This document shows, piece after piece, positions 10,020-19,093 of a DNA stretch of 64,000 bases. How positions within the stretch are numbered: the first letter of the stretch is position 1; each line of letters opens with the position of its first letter. The notes below the pieces were generated by a model. The model was not told where the DNA came from. It did not search any database and worked only from the letters and a program-made list of their open reading frames with translations. The stretch is from a bacterium (GTDB lineage Bacteria > J088 > JAWLBW01): positions 1 to 64,000 of the forward strand of contig JAWLHK010000012.1 in assembly GCA_041690355.1 (NCBI GenBank), read 5' to 3'. Position numbers and translations under genes: made by a program.

Positions 10020-11280
10020 TCCCCATGATTCCATCGACGACCCCCAGGGCCGCGTCGACCCGCTCCAGGATATCCTCGGCGAGCGCGCGATCCGTGGTCA
10101 GCGGGGGAAGAAGCTGCGCGACCCGCTTGTAGTTGCCCGCGTAGATCGAGAGGAATCCGTTGTCGTAGGCGGCCTTGGTGAAGACGGGTCCGCACATGTC
10201 GTTCACCATCTCGATCCCCATCATGAGCCCGCGTTGGCGCAGGCCCACGACGAGCTTCGGATACTTCGCGCGCAGCTCGACGAACCGCTCGGCAAAGAGC
10301 GCGCCCATCGCGCGCACGTTCTCAAGAAAGGCGGGATCCGAGGCGATGTCGAGCACCTCGGCCGCGACCGGACACCCCAGTTCCGCACCGCCGAAAGTAG
10401 AGATGTGGATGAAGGGGTCCTCGTGGAAGACCTTCTCGAGCGGCGCGCGGAAACAGGTCGCACTCATGGGATAGAATCCGCCGGAGAGCCCCTTGCCGAG
10501 CACGACGATGTCGGGAACGATCCCCTCGTGCTCGAATCCCCACAGCTTGCCCGTGCGACCGAGCCCGGTCTGCACCTCGTCGGCGATGTACAGGGCGCCG
10601 TAGCGGTCGCACAGGTCGCGCACCGCCCGCAGATACCCTTCGCGGGGAACGGCGATGCCGTAGGTCGCCGGAATCGTCTCGAGGATGACGGCGGCGACGT
10701 TCCCCTCACGCAGCGCGGCCTCGAGGGCGTCCTGATCTTCCCAGGGAACCTGGCGGAAACCTGGGAGCTGCGGTCCGAACGGCGCGCGGAACTTTTCGTC
10801 TCCCGTGGCGAGCGCGTACCCGGTGTGGCCGTGGTATCCACCGTGCGCCGAGACGATCGTCTGCCGGCCGGTATACGAACGGGCCACCTTGATGGCCAGG
10901 TCGACCGCTTCGCCGCCGCTCACGCCGAACACCGTGTACTGCAGGTCTCCAGGGAGCAGACCGGCCAGCTTCTGCGCCAGCGCCGCACGCTGTTCGCTCA
11001 GCAGATGATGGTTCCCGATGTCGAGTTCCTCGAGCGCCGCGCGCAAGACCCCAAGGATGCGGGGATTGCGATGGCCCAGGTTGAAGACGCCGCCGTTGCA
11101 GTGCGTGTTGATGAGCCGCTTCTCGCCGTCGAGATCCCACAGATACGGGCCCTCGCGCCGGCCGATCACGAAGTCGATGCCGACCGACGTGAAGAAGTCG
11201 GCTTTGCCCGACGAAACATGGCGGGCGAAGAGGTCGATGGCTTCCGGCTTGCCGAGACGGCCGATCCACTTTGCGGTCAT
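10015..11280 (-). CDS. Class III PLP-dependent aminotransferase
   Basis: SGGEAVD, GYHGHT, IADEVQTGLGRTG, GKGLSGG, STFGG; RBS GGAGG before MTAKW. Confidence 0.93.
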   Translation of the reverse strand: MTAKWIGRLGKPEAIDLFARHVSSGKADFFTSVGIDFVIGRREGPYLWDLDGEKRLINTHCNGGVFNLGHRNPRILGVLRAALEELDIGNHHLLSEQRAALAQKLAGLLPGDLQYTVFGVSGGEAVDLAIKVARSYTGRQTIVSAHGGYHGHTGYALATGDEKFRAPFGPQLPGFRQVPWEDQDALEAALREGNVAAVILETIPATYGIAVPREGYLRAVRDLCDRYGALYIADEVQTGLGRTGKLWGFEHEGIVPDIVVLGKGLSGGFYPMSATCFRAPLEKVFHEDPFIHISTFGGAELGCPVAAEVLDIASDPAFLENVRAMGALFAERFVELRAKYPKLVVGLRQRGLMMGIEMVNDMCGPVFTKAAYDNGFLSIYAGNYKRVAQLLPPLTTDRALAEDILERVDAALGVVDGIMGN

Positions 11281-11299
11281 CCTGCCTCCCAAAGTGTCT

Positions 11300-11337
11300 A
11301 AGCGTACCACACCGTCCTTGCGCACGGCAGACCGGCC
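11300..11337. repeat. 38-bp exact direct repeat, copy 1
   Basis: aagcgtaccacaccgtccttgcgcacggcagaccggcc, identical at 12468-12505. Confidence 0.95.
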
Positions 11338-11446
11338 GTCGACTCATGCCACCCCGGCGGCCCTGCAGTAAGGGAGACGGCTATGGTGCGGTTTGCCCTT
11401 CAGAGGCTTCGTGAGCTGACCCAGCGAGGCGGTTCTGCAGCCCGCC

Positions 11447-11484
11447 CAACGGCCTGCGCCCGCTCTGCGCGGGCGCAGGCGTTT
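11447..11484. terminator. GC-rich hairpin after the lipoprotein gene
   Basis: gcctgcgcccgc...gcgggcgcaggc stem immediately after the stop; no clear U tract. Confidence 0.55.
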
Positions 11485-11485
11485 G

Positions 11486-12343
11486 TCAGTATGCGGTGAA
11501 GGTCATACCGTCGAAGACAATTGTCGTACTGTTGACGACGCTGAAGGAGATCGGATCGCCAGGCGTTACGGACTCGTCGTAAAGGGTTGTCGTCCAGGTT
11601 CCAGTATCGGGATCCTTTTCCTGACACTCCTGGAGCTCCCACGTCGGTGAAATGGTCGCCGCGGTCTCTGTAAACGTGCCCATTCGCTGGCACCAGTTAT
11701 CGGATACGTGGTCGCCATCGAGATCGTGATCCTCAGAGAGGTTGAGCCTGCAGGTTCCATCCGCGCAGACTACCCGCAGATCCCACACTTCGCCGTTTGC
11801 TGCGAGGGAGCCGGACTCCCAGAAACCTTCGATGACGCTCCTGCCGCCGGTACCGCTTGTCCCATCGATATCCTCCTGGCTGACGTTGATGGGATCGAAG
11901 GTTGTCCACGGCGTGTACTTTTCGTCCTCGGTCACCCCCCGAACGCGGAATTCGTAATCTCCAGCTGCAAGGACCTGAAAGCTCATGAATACGTCGGTTT
12001 CCACGGTGCCGCCGTTGAGGAGTTCGATTTTGCTCTTCCTTGCAATGGTTACCCACTCGTAAGTGAGGTTGACCAGTTCCAACGGCGCCTCGTTAAGCCT
12101 GCGCATTCCCCCAATCGTCGGCGCCGGCTGAGCGTCAGGCATGCGACCCTCGAGTTCGTAGCTCTCGGCGAGCCGGTGCGGTTTCCAGCCCAGGGTGATG
12201 ATATTCCCGTCTTTCTGTACTTCCACATCGGCAACCGGGGTTTGCAGCAGCTCTTCGTCCGTAAGCGCTTCGGGGGCCGGTGCGGCGTCGCATGCACTGT
12301 TCAGGACGAGCCCTCCGAGAAGAAGCAGCGTTTTGATTTTCAT
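11486..12343 (-). CDS. Putative lipoprotein (FN3-like strand pattern plus beta-rich C-terminal domain)
   Basis: MKIKTLLLLGGLVLNSAC lipobox-like; ITLGW...YEFRVRGV; visibly more A/T-rich than neighbours. Confidence 0.7.
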   Translation of the reverse strand: MKIKTLLLLGGLVLNSACDAAPAPEALTDEELLQTPVADVEVQKDGNIITLGWKPHRLAESYELEGRMPDAQPAPTIGGMRRLNEAPLELVNLTYEWVTIARKSKIELLNGGTVETDVFMSFQVLAAGDYEFRVRGVTEDEKYTPWTTFDPINVSQEDIDGTSGTGGRSVIEGFWESGSLAANGEVWDLRVVCADGTCRLNLSEDHDLDGDHVSDNWCQRMGTFTETAATISPTWELQECQEKDPDTGTWTTTLYDESVTPGDPISFSVVNSTTIVFDGMTFTAY

Positions 12344-12467
12344 GGATTCGTTTTCTGGCAGAAAGGTTGAACTCAAGCCGCGTTGAAGGTGGCAATGTAC
12401 GTTCGCGCCAAGGAGCTTAACTCGCGCCTGGCATGACTGCATATCCAAAATTGGGTATGCATCCGGA

Positions 12468-12505
12468 AAGCGTACCACACCGTCCTTGCGCACGGCAGAC
12501 CGGCC
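12468..12505. repeat. 38-bp exact direct repeat, copy 2
   Basis: Identical to 11300-11337 (offset 1168). Confidence 0.95.
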
Positions 12506-12520
12506 CTCTACGATCTAGGC

Positions 12521-14182
12521 ATGCGTATTCTTTCTCTTCTCGTGCCCCTGTTCGCAGTCCTCGTTCCCCAGCTTGCTTCAGCCGATCAGTCCGGCGATCG
12601 CCCGGTGCTCGCCGTGGCCCCCATCCAGGCGCCCGGGTTTCCCGCGCCCGTGACCCAGGCCGTCATGGCCCGCCTGGTCGAGATGGCGCGCGACAGCCGC
12701 GAGTTCACGGTCATGGACCAGGGGGACCTCGACACCGTGCTCCGCTTCCAGAAACAGGGGGTCTCGCCGGTCATGTCCGACCCGGTTGCCTTGGGCAAGC
12801 TGGTCGCCGCGCGCGAGGTGCTCACCGTCGACGTGCAGAAACTCGACGCGGCCCGCTGCAGCCTGAACCTCAAGATCACCAACGTGGAGACCGGCATCGT
12901 CGACGCCGCTCGCCTCGAATCGGGCGGCTGCGCGGCCACCGATCTGTTCGTGACGGCCCAGAAGGCGTGGAGCCGGCTGCTCGTCGGGCGCATCACGATC
13001 ACGACCGATCCCGCCGGCCTGCCGGTCTCTGTCGACGAGGGCGCGCCGGCCAAGTCGCCGGTCTCGCTCGAGCTGCCGGCAGGGCCGCACCACTTTGCCG
13101 TCGTCGCCCAGGGCTACGCCGCCACGGCGACCACGGTGGCCGTGCGCGCCAACCAGAACGTCGCCCTGCAGCTGCGCGCGCCGAAACTGGACTACGGCGT
13201 GCTGCTGCTGATCGGCTCGCCCATCGGCGCCTCGGTTTACCACGAGGGGGTGCGCATCGGTTCGCTTCCGTTCGAGCAGAAGGTCGTCACCGGCCAGTAC
13301 CGGTTCTCCGTCGAAACCGATCTCGGGCGCTACCCAGTGAACGCCCAGGTGGTGCCGAACAAGCGCGTGCGCGTGCGGGTCGATGCGCCGTTCGCCGCGC
13401 TGCGGAACTTCGACGATGCCTTCAAGGAGGCGAACGAGGTCGCCCGCTCGGGTGACCACAACCTCGCCGTCGAGCTCTACGACAAGGCGCTCGCCGCGGC
13501 GCGCGAAGCCATGGGGCTGGTGCCCGACGACGCCAAGGGCGAGCTGGCCGCCGCCATCAGCTACACGCAGGGGGCCATGGCCCTCGAGCTGGCATGGCTG
13601 GCCAAGGAAGAGTCGGAGCTGCTCGGCTCCATCGACGCCTACTGCGCGCACCTTTCCGAAGCCGATGCCCGGTTCGCCGAGGCCCGCATGGCCGTGCCGA
13701 AGGTCGAGACGCTCAAGGTGTCGGCCAACGGGCTCGCCAAGCGCCGGGGCCCCCTCGCGCTCGGCCCATGCCACCCCAGCGCGCGCTTCGCGACGAACAT
13801 CGATCGGCTCGTCTGGTCGCTCGGCTCCTCGCCGGCCGTCGACGAGGATCGCGCGCGCTCCAAAGCCGTGCTGCTCGAACTGCGGAAGCAGGATGGGCTG
13901 ACGGCGCCCCAGAAAGAGTGGCTCAAAGGCGAGCTGGCCCTGCTCTTCGCCATGGAGAAGATGGCCGAGATCGAGGCCCTGCGGCCGCAGCTGCTGAGCA
14001 ACCCGCGGGCCGTGCTGCCGTCGATCTGCAAGCTGGCGAAAACCGCCCGCGGCTACGCGGCATCGGCACGCCAGTACTTCCCCCGGCAGACGAGCGAAAA
14101 GCTCCCCGCCGAAGACCGCCACCTTCTGCTGGACCGCATCGAGTACAAGGCGCAGCAGGACGAGGCCATGTGCCGTAGTTAG
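12521..14182 (+). CDS. Exported PEGA-domain protein with helical/TPR-like C-terminus
   Basis: Signal peptide; ITTDPAGLPVSVD...SPVSLELPAGPH and GSPIGASVY PEGA-like repeats. Confidence 0.75.
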   Translation: MRILSLLVPLFAVLVPQLASADQSGDRPVLAVAPIQAPGFPAPVTQAVMARLVEMARDSREFTVMDQGDLDTVLRFQKQGVSPVMSDPVALGKLVAAREVLTVDVQKLDAARCSLNLKITNVETGIVDAARLESGGCAATDLFVTAQKAWSRLLVGRITITTDPAGLPVSVDEGAPAKSPVSLELPAGPHHFAVVAQGYAATATTVAVRANQNVALQLRAPKLDYGVLLLIGSPIGASVYHEGVRIGSLPFEQKVVTGQYRFSVETDLGRYPVNAQVVPNKRVRVRVDAPFAALRNFDDAFKEANEVARSGDHNLAVELYDKALAAAREAMGLVPDDAKGELAAAISYTQGAMALELAWLAKEESELLGSIDAYCAHLSEADARFAEARMAVPKVETLKVSANGLAKRRGPLALGPCHPSARFATNIDRLVWSLGSSPAVDEDRARSKAVLLELRKQDGLTAPQKEWLKGELALLFAMEKMAEIEALRPQLLSNPRAVLPSICKLAKTARGYAASARQYFPRQTSEKLPAEDRHLLLDRIEYKAQQDEAMCRS

Positions 14183-14401
14183 TCACGGCTGTGCTCCCGT
14201 CTGGAGGGGGGGCGCGGGGGAGGGGGAGAGTGGGGGCGCCGGCAAGAACCCAGTCCGACTGAGTTCCTGACGCGCCCCGGGCGCCAGAACGTACGCATGC
14301 TCGCCGCGTGCCATGAGCAACGAGGATGCCCGGGCGGCGTCCACGCGACCGGCTGTGTCCTCCTTGGGTCCCCCGGTCGGGGGACGACAGGGGAAGCAGC
14401 C

Positions 14402-15253
14402 CTACCCGATCAATCCCGCATCCCGCGCGACGGGCTCTACACGTTGAATGAGCTCGCCATGCGCCCGGCCATTACTGGCGGCAAGGCCGTGCGGATTCGC
14501 CAGGCCGGGAACGTTGTAGCGCAGCGGCCGGCCGGCGAGATCGGTCAGCACGCCCCCCGCTTCTTCGAGCAGAATCTGGGGCGCGGCCGTGTCCCAGAGT
14601 TTCGTCTTGGGACTCGGGTGAAAGTAGAGGTCGGCTTCGCCAAGCACGAGCTGCGTAACCTTGAGGCCGACACTGCCGCAGGTGATTTCCCGAGCCGGGC
14701 CGATGGCCTCGAGCACGGCGTCGACCGTCTTCGACCGGTGGTTGCGGCTCACGACCGCCGTCATGCGCTCGGGGCGCTTTTCGTCGGTCACGCGCAGGCG
14801 AGTCGGCTGGCGCCCGTCGAGTTCCGCAAAGGCGCCGCGCCCCTTCACTGCGTAAAAGAGATTATCCCCCACCGGCTGATAAACGACGCCGAGAATGGGC
14901 GCGCCGTCGACCACGAGGCCGATCAGCACCGAAAATTCCCCGTTGCCCGCGATGAAGTCGGCCGTACCGTCGAGCGGATCCACGATCCACACGCGCTTGC
15001 CCTCGCGACCTGCACGCGGATCGCCCTCGCCCTCTTCGCTCACGACGACGTCGTCGGGAAACACGCCGGACAGCTCACGGGTAATCAGGCGGTGGGCGGC
15101 CTTGTCGGCCTCGGTCACCGGCCCTTCGGCCCCTTTGCTTTCGACGGCAAGGTTCCCCTTCAGATAGCGCGCCATGATGGCGGCTCCGGCGTCACGCGCC
15201 AGCTTCATGGCCAGACGCAATTCGCGATCCAGCGGTTCCTGCGGGTCGGTCAT
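14402..15253 (-). CDS. cysQ: 3'(2'),5'-bisphosphate nucleotidase CysQ / inositol monophosphatase family
   Basis: PVTEAD, SEEG, WIVDPLDGT, WDTAAPQILLEEAGG. Confidence 0.85.
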   Translation of the reverse strand: MTDPQEPLDRELRLAMKLARDAGAAIMARYLKGNLAVESKGAEGPVTEADKAAHRLITRELSGVFPDDVVVSEEGEGDPRAGREGKRVWIVDPLDGTADFIAGNGEFSVLIGLVVDGAPILGVVYQPVGDNLFYAVKGRGAFAELDGRQPTRLRVTDEKRPERMTAVVSRNHRSKTVDAVLEAIGPAREITCGSVGLKVTQLVLGEADLYFHPSPKTKLWDTAAPQILLEEAGGVLTDLAGRPLRYNVPGLANPHGLAASNGRAHGELIQRVEPVARDAGLIG

Positions 15254-15528
15254 CCGGGAAATACCTGCTTGAAAGGATGAACCTCGGTGCGCCCAAAGAT
15301 GCCGTGAAGCACGTAGGCGTCGCCGGCCAGCCACATGTGGGCCGCATCTTCCGAGGGAAACCGGGCGACGACCAGCGATCCGGCGCCGTCGGTCAGTGGA
15401 CCGGCGAGCACCAGACGCCCTTCGGCATCCAAGGCCGCCAGCCGGGCGAGGTGGGCCTCGCGGTGGACCTTGCGCAGCTCGGCGCCGCGGGGACCGTCCC
15501 ATCCATACAAAGCAAACAGATCCATCAA
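15250..15528 (-). CDS. YciI family protein
   Basis: REAHLARL...LAGPL...GSL...DAY. Confidence 0.85.
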   Translation of the reverse strand: MMDLFALYGWDGPRGAELRKVHREAHLARLAALDAEGRLVLAGPLTDGAGSLVVARFPSEDAAHMWLAGDAYVLHGIFGRTEVHPFKQVFPG

Positions 15529-15532
15529 TGAC

Positions 15533-16588
15533 TCATGAGGTAACGGACAGGGGGGCGCGCTCGCCGCAGGTCACCCGGGCGTGTACGACCTCATCCTGAT
15601 CGATGGTCGCGGCCTCGGAGACGGCGGCATATCCGCCGGCCGTGCGGGCGTAGATGGCAGAACGGCCCTCAAAATGCAGATCGAGAATGTCGCCCGCCAG
15701 GTGCGGGTTGACGACGTAGGTGACCTTCGACATCCCCTCGAGCAGGCCGGTAGCCCCCTCCTGCATCCACTGTTCGCGACGCACGCGGCGGTCCCCCTCG
15801 CGCGCGAAGACCCAGCCGTCTTCCCACTTCCACGGGTTGGCCGAGGGCCAGGCGACCAGCTCGACCCCCATCCGGTCGAACCGCGGAATCAGGGGCGTGA
15901 AGCCGGGCTCGTCGGACGTATGCGCACATTTGAAGCCGTCATAGCAGATGGCGGTGGCGGTCTTGATCCCCCCCACATCGACCGGCACGACCTCGCCGGG
16001 AGACCCCGGCGTCAACCCGATGTCGTCTTCGAGGGTCGGCACCAGGTTCACCTTCGGGGTCTCGGCCAGCAGCCGTCCGTCGGGCCCGAAGGTATACGAA
16101 AGGTTGTAGACGCGCCCGTCCAGCGGGCTGAAGGGGCGCAGGACGAGGCCGTGGCGGTTGCGCGGCAGCGAGGCGCTGCCGGCGACCACGTAGGTCCGGG
16201 TCTCGAGCGCGAACCGCGAGAACGTGCGCAGGATGATGTCGCGGATGGTGTTGGCCCGCGCCAGCCAGAACCCGGTCTTCTCGTTGGCCTGCCGGTAGCG
16301 GGCCATCGTCCACAGGACGCGCAGAAAGCGCTTGCGCCCCAGGCGATTAAAGGCTTCGTCGACGGTCTGCAGGCCGGCCAGCTCGGCGCCGAACCCTTCG
16401 GCGGCCAGAAACAGGCCGATGTTCTCGGGAAAGACGACCAGCCCGGGGCCGGTTGCATCCGCGCGGCGGGCGCGGACGGCGGCCTCGTACGAGAAAATTT
16501 TCGCGTGGAAGGCGTCTGCGGAGAGATAGTCTTCGAGCGCGCAGCGAGCCTGAATGGCGAACAGGTCGACCGAATGGCGACTGGGCAT
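15533..16588 (-). CDS. Carbon-nitrogen hydrolase (nitrilase superfamily)
   Basis: Glu-Lys-Cys triad: VFPEN, PKVNL, AICYDG. Confidence 0.85.
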   Translation of the reverse strand: MPSRHSVDLFAIQARCALEDYLSADAFHAKIFSYEAAVRARRADATGPGLVVFPENIGLFLAAEGFGAELAGLQTVDEAFNRLGRKRFLRVLWTMARYRQANEKTGFWLARANTIRDIILRTFSRFALETRTYVVAGSASLPRNRHGLVLRPFSPLDGRVYNLSYTFGPDGRLLAETPKVNLVPTLEDDIGLTPGSPGEVVPVDVGGIKTATAICYDGFKCAHTSDEPGFTPLIPRFDRMGVELVAWPSANPWKWEDGWVFAREGDRRVRREQWMQEGATGLLEGMSKVTYVVNPHLAGDILDLHFEGRSAIYARTAGGYAAVSEAATIDQDEVVHARVTCGERAPLSVTS

Positions 16589-16781
16589 CCAAGTATTATA
16601 CCCCAAGCGACCCGAAACGGGGCAAGGGGTCTCCCGGCGGGCACTCTTTCCCCGTCCACCGGCTTGCCTCCTTCGATCCGCGTCGACCCGTGACGGCCCG
16701 GGCGTTCACGCTTGCCGAAAACCCGGTGCCGGGCAGACTGGTGAAAATCGCTGTTAGAACATTAACTTGCGGAGTTCACCC

Positions 16782-17240
16782 ATGAAACTGTGGAGCGAAG
16801 CCTTTTCCGACGGAGCCCCCATTCCCCCGCAGCACACCTGCGAGGGGGAGAACGGCTCGCCGGACCTGCGGATTGACGACGTGCCGGCGGGGACGCAGAG
16901 CCTGGTCCTGGTCGCCGAGGACCCCGATTACGCCCGGGGGGTCTGGGTGCATTGGCTGCGCTACGGCATTCCCCCCGAGGTCGAGCACGTGGCCGGCGAT
17001 ACCCCACCCGACGGCGAGCTGCCCGATGGCTCTCGCCAGGGGCGCAATGATTTCAACGAGTTAGGCTACGGCGGACCCTGTCCCCCGCGGGGGACGGAGC
17101 ACCGCTACGTCTTTCGCCTCTTCGCGCTCGACCAACCGCTCGCGCTGGGGCCGGGCGTCGACCGTGAAACGCTGCTCGGAGCCATGCGCGGTCACGTCCT
17201 GGCCGAAGCCCGCCTGACGGGAACCTGCCGGATCCATTGA
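16782..17240 (+). CDS. YbhB/YbcL (PEBP/RKIP-like) protein
   Basis: HTCEGENGSP, EDPD, WVHW, GYGGPCPP, HRYVFRLFALD. Confidence 0.93.
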   Translation: MKLWSEAFSDGAPIPPQHTCEGENGSPDLRIDDVPAGTQSLVLVAEDPDYARGVWVHWLRYGIPPEVEHVAGDTPPDGELPDGSRQGRNDFNELGYGGPCPPRGTEHRYVFRLFALDQPLALGPGVDRETLLGAMRGHVLAEARLTGTCRIH

Positions 17241-17267
17241 CGATTTACGATCTACGATTGACGATTT
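17236..17267. repeat. Heptamer array (ATTGACG-like), left arm of an inverted pair
   Basis: attgacg atttacg atctacg attgacg attt; begins at the ybhB stop. Confidence 0.85.
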
Positions 17268-17378
17268 CCGGGCCGACCGCCTTTCGAGATTCCGCGCTGG
17301 GCAAGACTGCAACCCCTCGGATCGATTGGAGATTTTCTTGTTCGGGCCCGCGGCGAGCCGGAAGACGCTCGTTTCTTC

Positions 17379-17408
17379 AAATTGTCAATCGTCAATCGTC
17401 AATTGTCA
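17379..17408. repeat. Heptamer array (CAATCGT-like), right arm of an inverted pair
   Basis: aaattgt caatcgt caatcgt caattgt. Confidence 0.85.
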
Positions 17409-17463
17409 TTTCCTTGCGCCGGGGCCCCCTCGCGACCGATAATATACGTTTGTCTCGTACTGC

Positions 17464-18867
17464 ATGAAGGTCGCGATATTCGGGCAGATGCTCGACGTTC
17501 CCCTTGCCCTTGCCAAACAGGGGCATACGGTGCTGTGGTATAACACGGCCCCCCGGGATCGCAAACAACGTCTCCCCCAGGAGATCCGTGTCGTCGACGT
17601 CACGCTGGACCGGCTCAAGGAAGAGCCGGTTCCGGACGTGGCCGACGCCGATATGCTGCTCGTGAACCTGACCGCGTATCAGATGAACGCGGCCACGCTC
17701 GGGAAGTTCGTCGCGTTCTATCCGAAAGTCCCCATCCTCTTCAATCGCGACAAGTGGCGCTCGGGCAAGGCCCCCGCCTTCGATCTGCCCGTGCGCGGCA
17801 TCTCGCTGCGCCAGCTCATCACCGGCACCCTGAAACGCGAGGTCGACTGGGTCGATCTGAAGCGCCGTGTTTTTCAGCTGCGCGCGCTGATGGAAGGGGC
17901 CCGCAAGGTGCTCATCCTCACGCACAACAACCCCGACCCCGACTCGCTGGCGTCGGCCCTGGCGCTGCGAGTGCTGCTCGGGCGCAATAATCGGACGGCG
18001 ACCATCGGCTACATGGGGCACCTGATTCACCGCCCCGAAAACCAGCAGATGGTCGAGCTGCTCGACATCGACGCCCGCCGGCTCGAATTCGGGGATATGG
18101 AGGAGTTCGACCGCATCTGCCTGGTCGATTGCCAGCCCCCCTACTTTTCGCCCCCGTACTTCGATCGGGAGCTCCCCCGCGTCGACGCCGTCTTCGATCA
18201 CCACCCGGAGCTGCCGGGCTACACCGTCCCCTTCAAGGACCTGCGCACGAACGAAGGGGCGACCAGCACGATCCTCACGACACTGCTGCGGGCAGCTGAC
18301 GTGGAAGTCAGCGAGCGCCTGGCGACGGCGCTCCTCTACGCCATCAAGACCGATACGTTCTTCATGCGCGACGCCGCCGAAGACGACGTCGAGAGCTTTC
18401 TCTACCTCTATCCGCAGGCCAACCTGAACCAGATCCGGCGCATGGAGAAGCCCGAGATCGACAGCGATCAGCTGCTCAAGTTCGGCGAGGCCATCCGCCG
18501 GCACGTGATCTTCGGGAATGTCTTCACCTGTTACGCCGGCGAGGGGATCAAGGAAGACATGATCGCCCGCCTGGCCGACTTCGGCCTGCAGACCCGCGGC
18601 GTCGAGTGGAGCGTCGCCTTCGGGTTCGAAGAAGACCTGCTCGTCATGTCGATGCGCAACGTCGGCTACGTGAAGGGGGCCGGGCGCATCCTGCGCAAGT
18701 GTTTCGGCACCATCGGTTCCGCCGGCGGCCACCGTAACGCCGCGCGCGCGCTGATCACCAAGGCGGCCCTGCGCAACGCCCACGGCAAGGATTTCCTCAA
18801 GAAACTCGACACGATCATCATCCGCCCCCTGCTCGACGAAATCGAGGGCGAGACCGAGCCCGCTTAG
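17464..18867 (+). CDS. DHH/DHHA1 phosphoesterase with N-terminal extension
   Basis: THNNPDPDSLAS, LVD, DHH, DT and SAGGH motifs. Confidence 0.88.
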   Translation: MKVAIFGQMLDVPLALAKQGHTVLWYNTAPRDRKQRLPQEIRVVDVTLDRLKEEPVPDVADADMLLVNLTAYQMNAATLGKFVAFYPKVPILFNRDKWRSGKAPAFDLPVRGISLRQLITGTLKREVDWVDLKRRVFQLRALMEGARKVLILTHNNPDPDSLASALALRVLLGRNNRTATIGYMGHLIHRPENQQMVELLDIDARRLEFGDMEEFDRICLVDCQPPYFSPPYFDRELPRVDAVFDHHPELPGYTVPFKDLRTNEGATSTILTTLLRAADVEVSERLATALLYAIKTDTFFMRDAAEDDVESFLYLYPQANLNQIRRMEKPEIDSDQLLKFGEAIRRHVIFGNVFTCYAGEGIKEDMIARLADFGLQTRGVEWSVAFGFEEDLLVMSMRNVGYVKGAGRILRKCFGTIGSAGGHRNAARALITKAALRNAHGKDFLKKLDTIIIRPLLDEIEGETEPA

Positions 18868-18939
18868 GGTACCCGTGTGAACCCTTGCGGAGGGGGAGAG
18901 TGGGAGAGGGGGGGATTTTTCCGGTCATCGGACGCCGAC

Positions 18940-18979
18940 ACCCCCCATCCGCTTCGCTTCGGGGGGCAATGCGTCGGAC
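18940..18979. repeat. Dispersed 40-bp REP-like repeat, copy 2
   Basis: Matches 4965-5004 at 38/40. Confidence 0.85.
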
Positions 18980-19093
18980 TTCGGCAAAGCAAGGGCATCC
19001 GAACAGCCTCCGCTGCGCGGACCCCACCTTGTGCACATCGTGAACCAGGACCCGCCGGGGACAGCAAGGGGCCGTGTGTCCGCAGGCGGTCAG

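Noticed and set aside
11345-11400. Minus-strand GGCAAACC...GCCGGGGTGGC as a c-di-GMP-I riboswitch
   Set aside because: Lacks the GNRA-capped stem and the GACGCAAA junction
11443-11486. GCCCAAC...GTT hairpin as an integron attC site
   Set aside because: Too short, the core sites do not both fit RYYYAAC/GTTRRRY, and there is no array or integron integrase; a terminator-like hairpin is simpler
14183-14401. G-rich intergenic stretch as SRP RNA or another known ncRNA
   Set aside because: Only a partial GGAAGCAGC match; shares segments with REP-like clusters at 9754 and 18889
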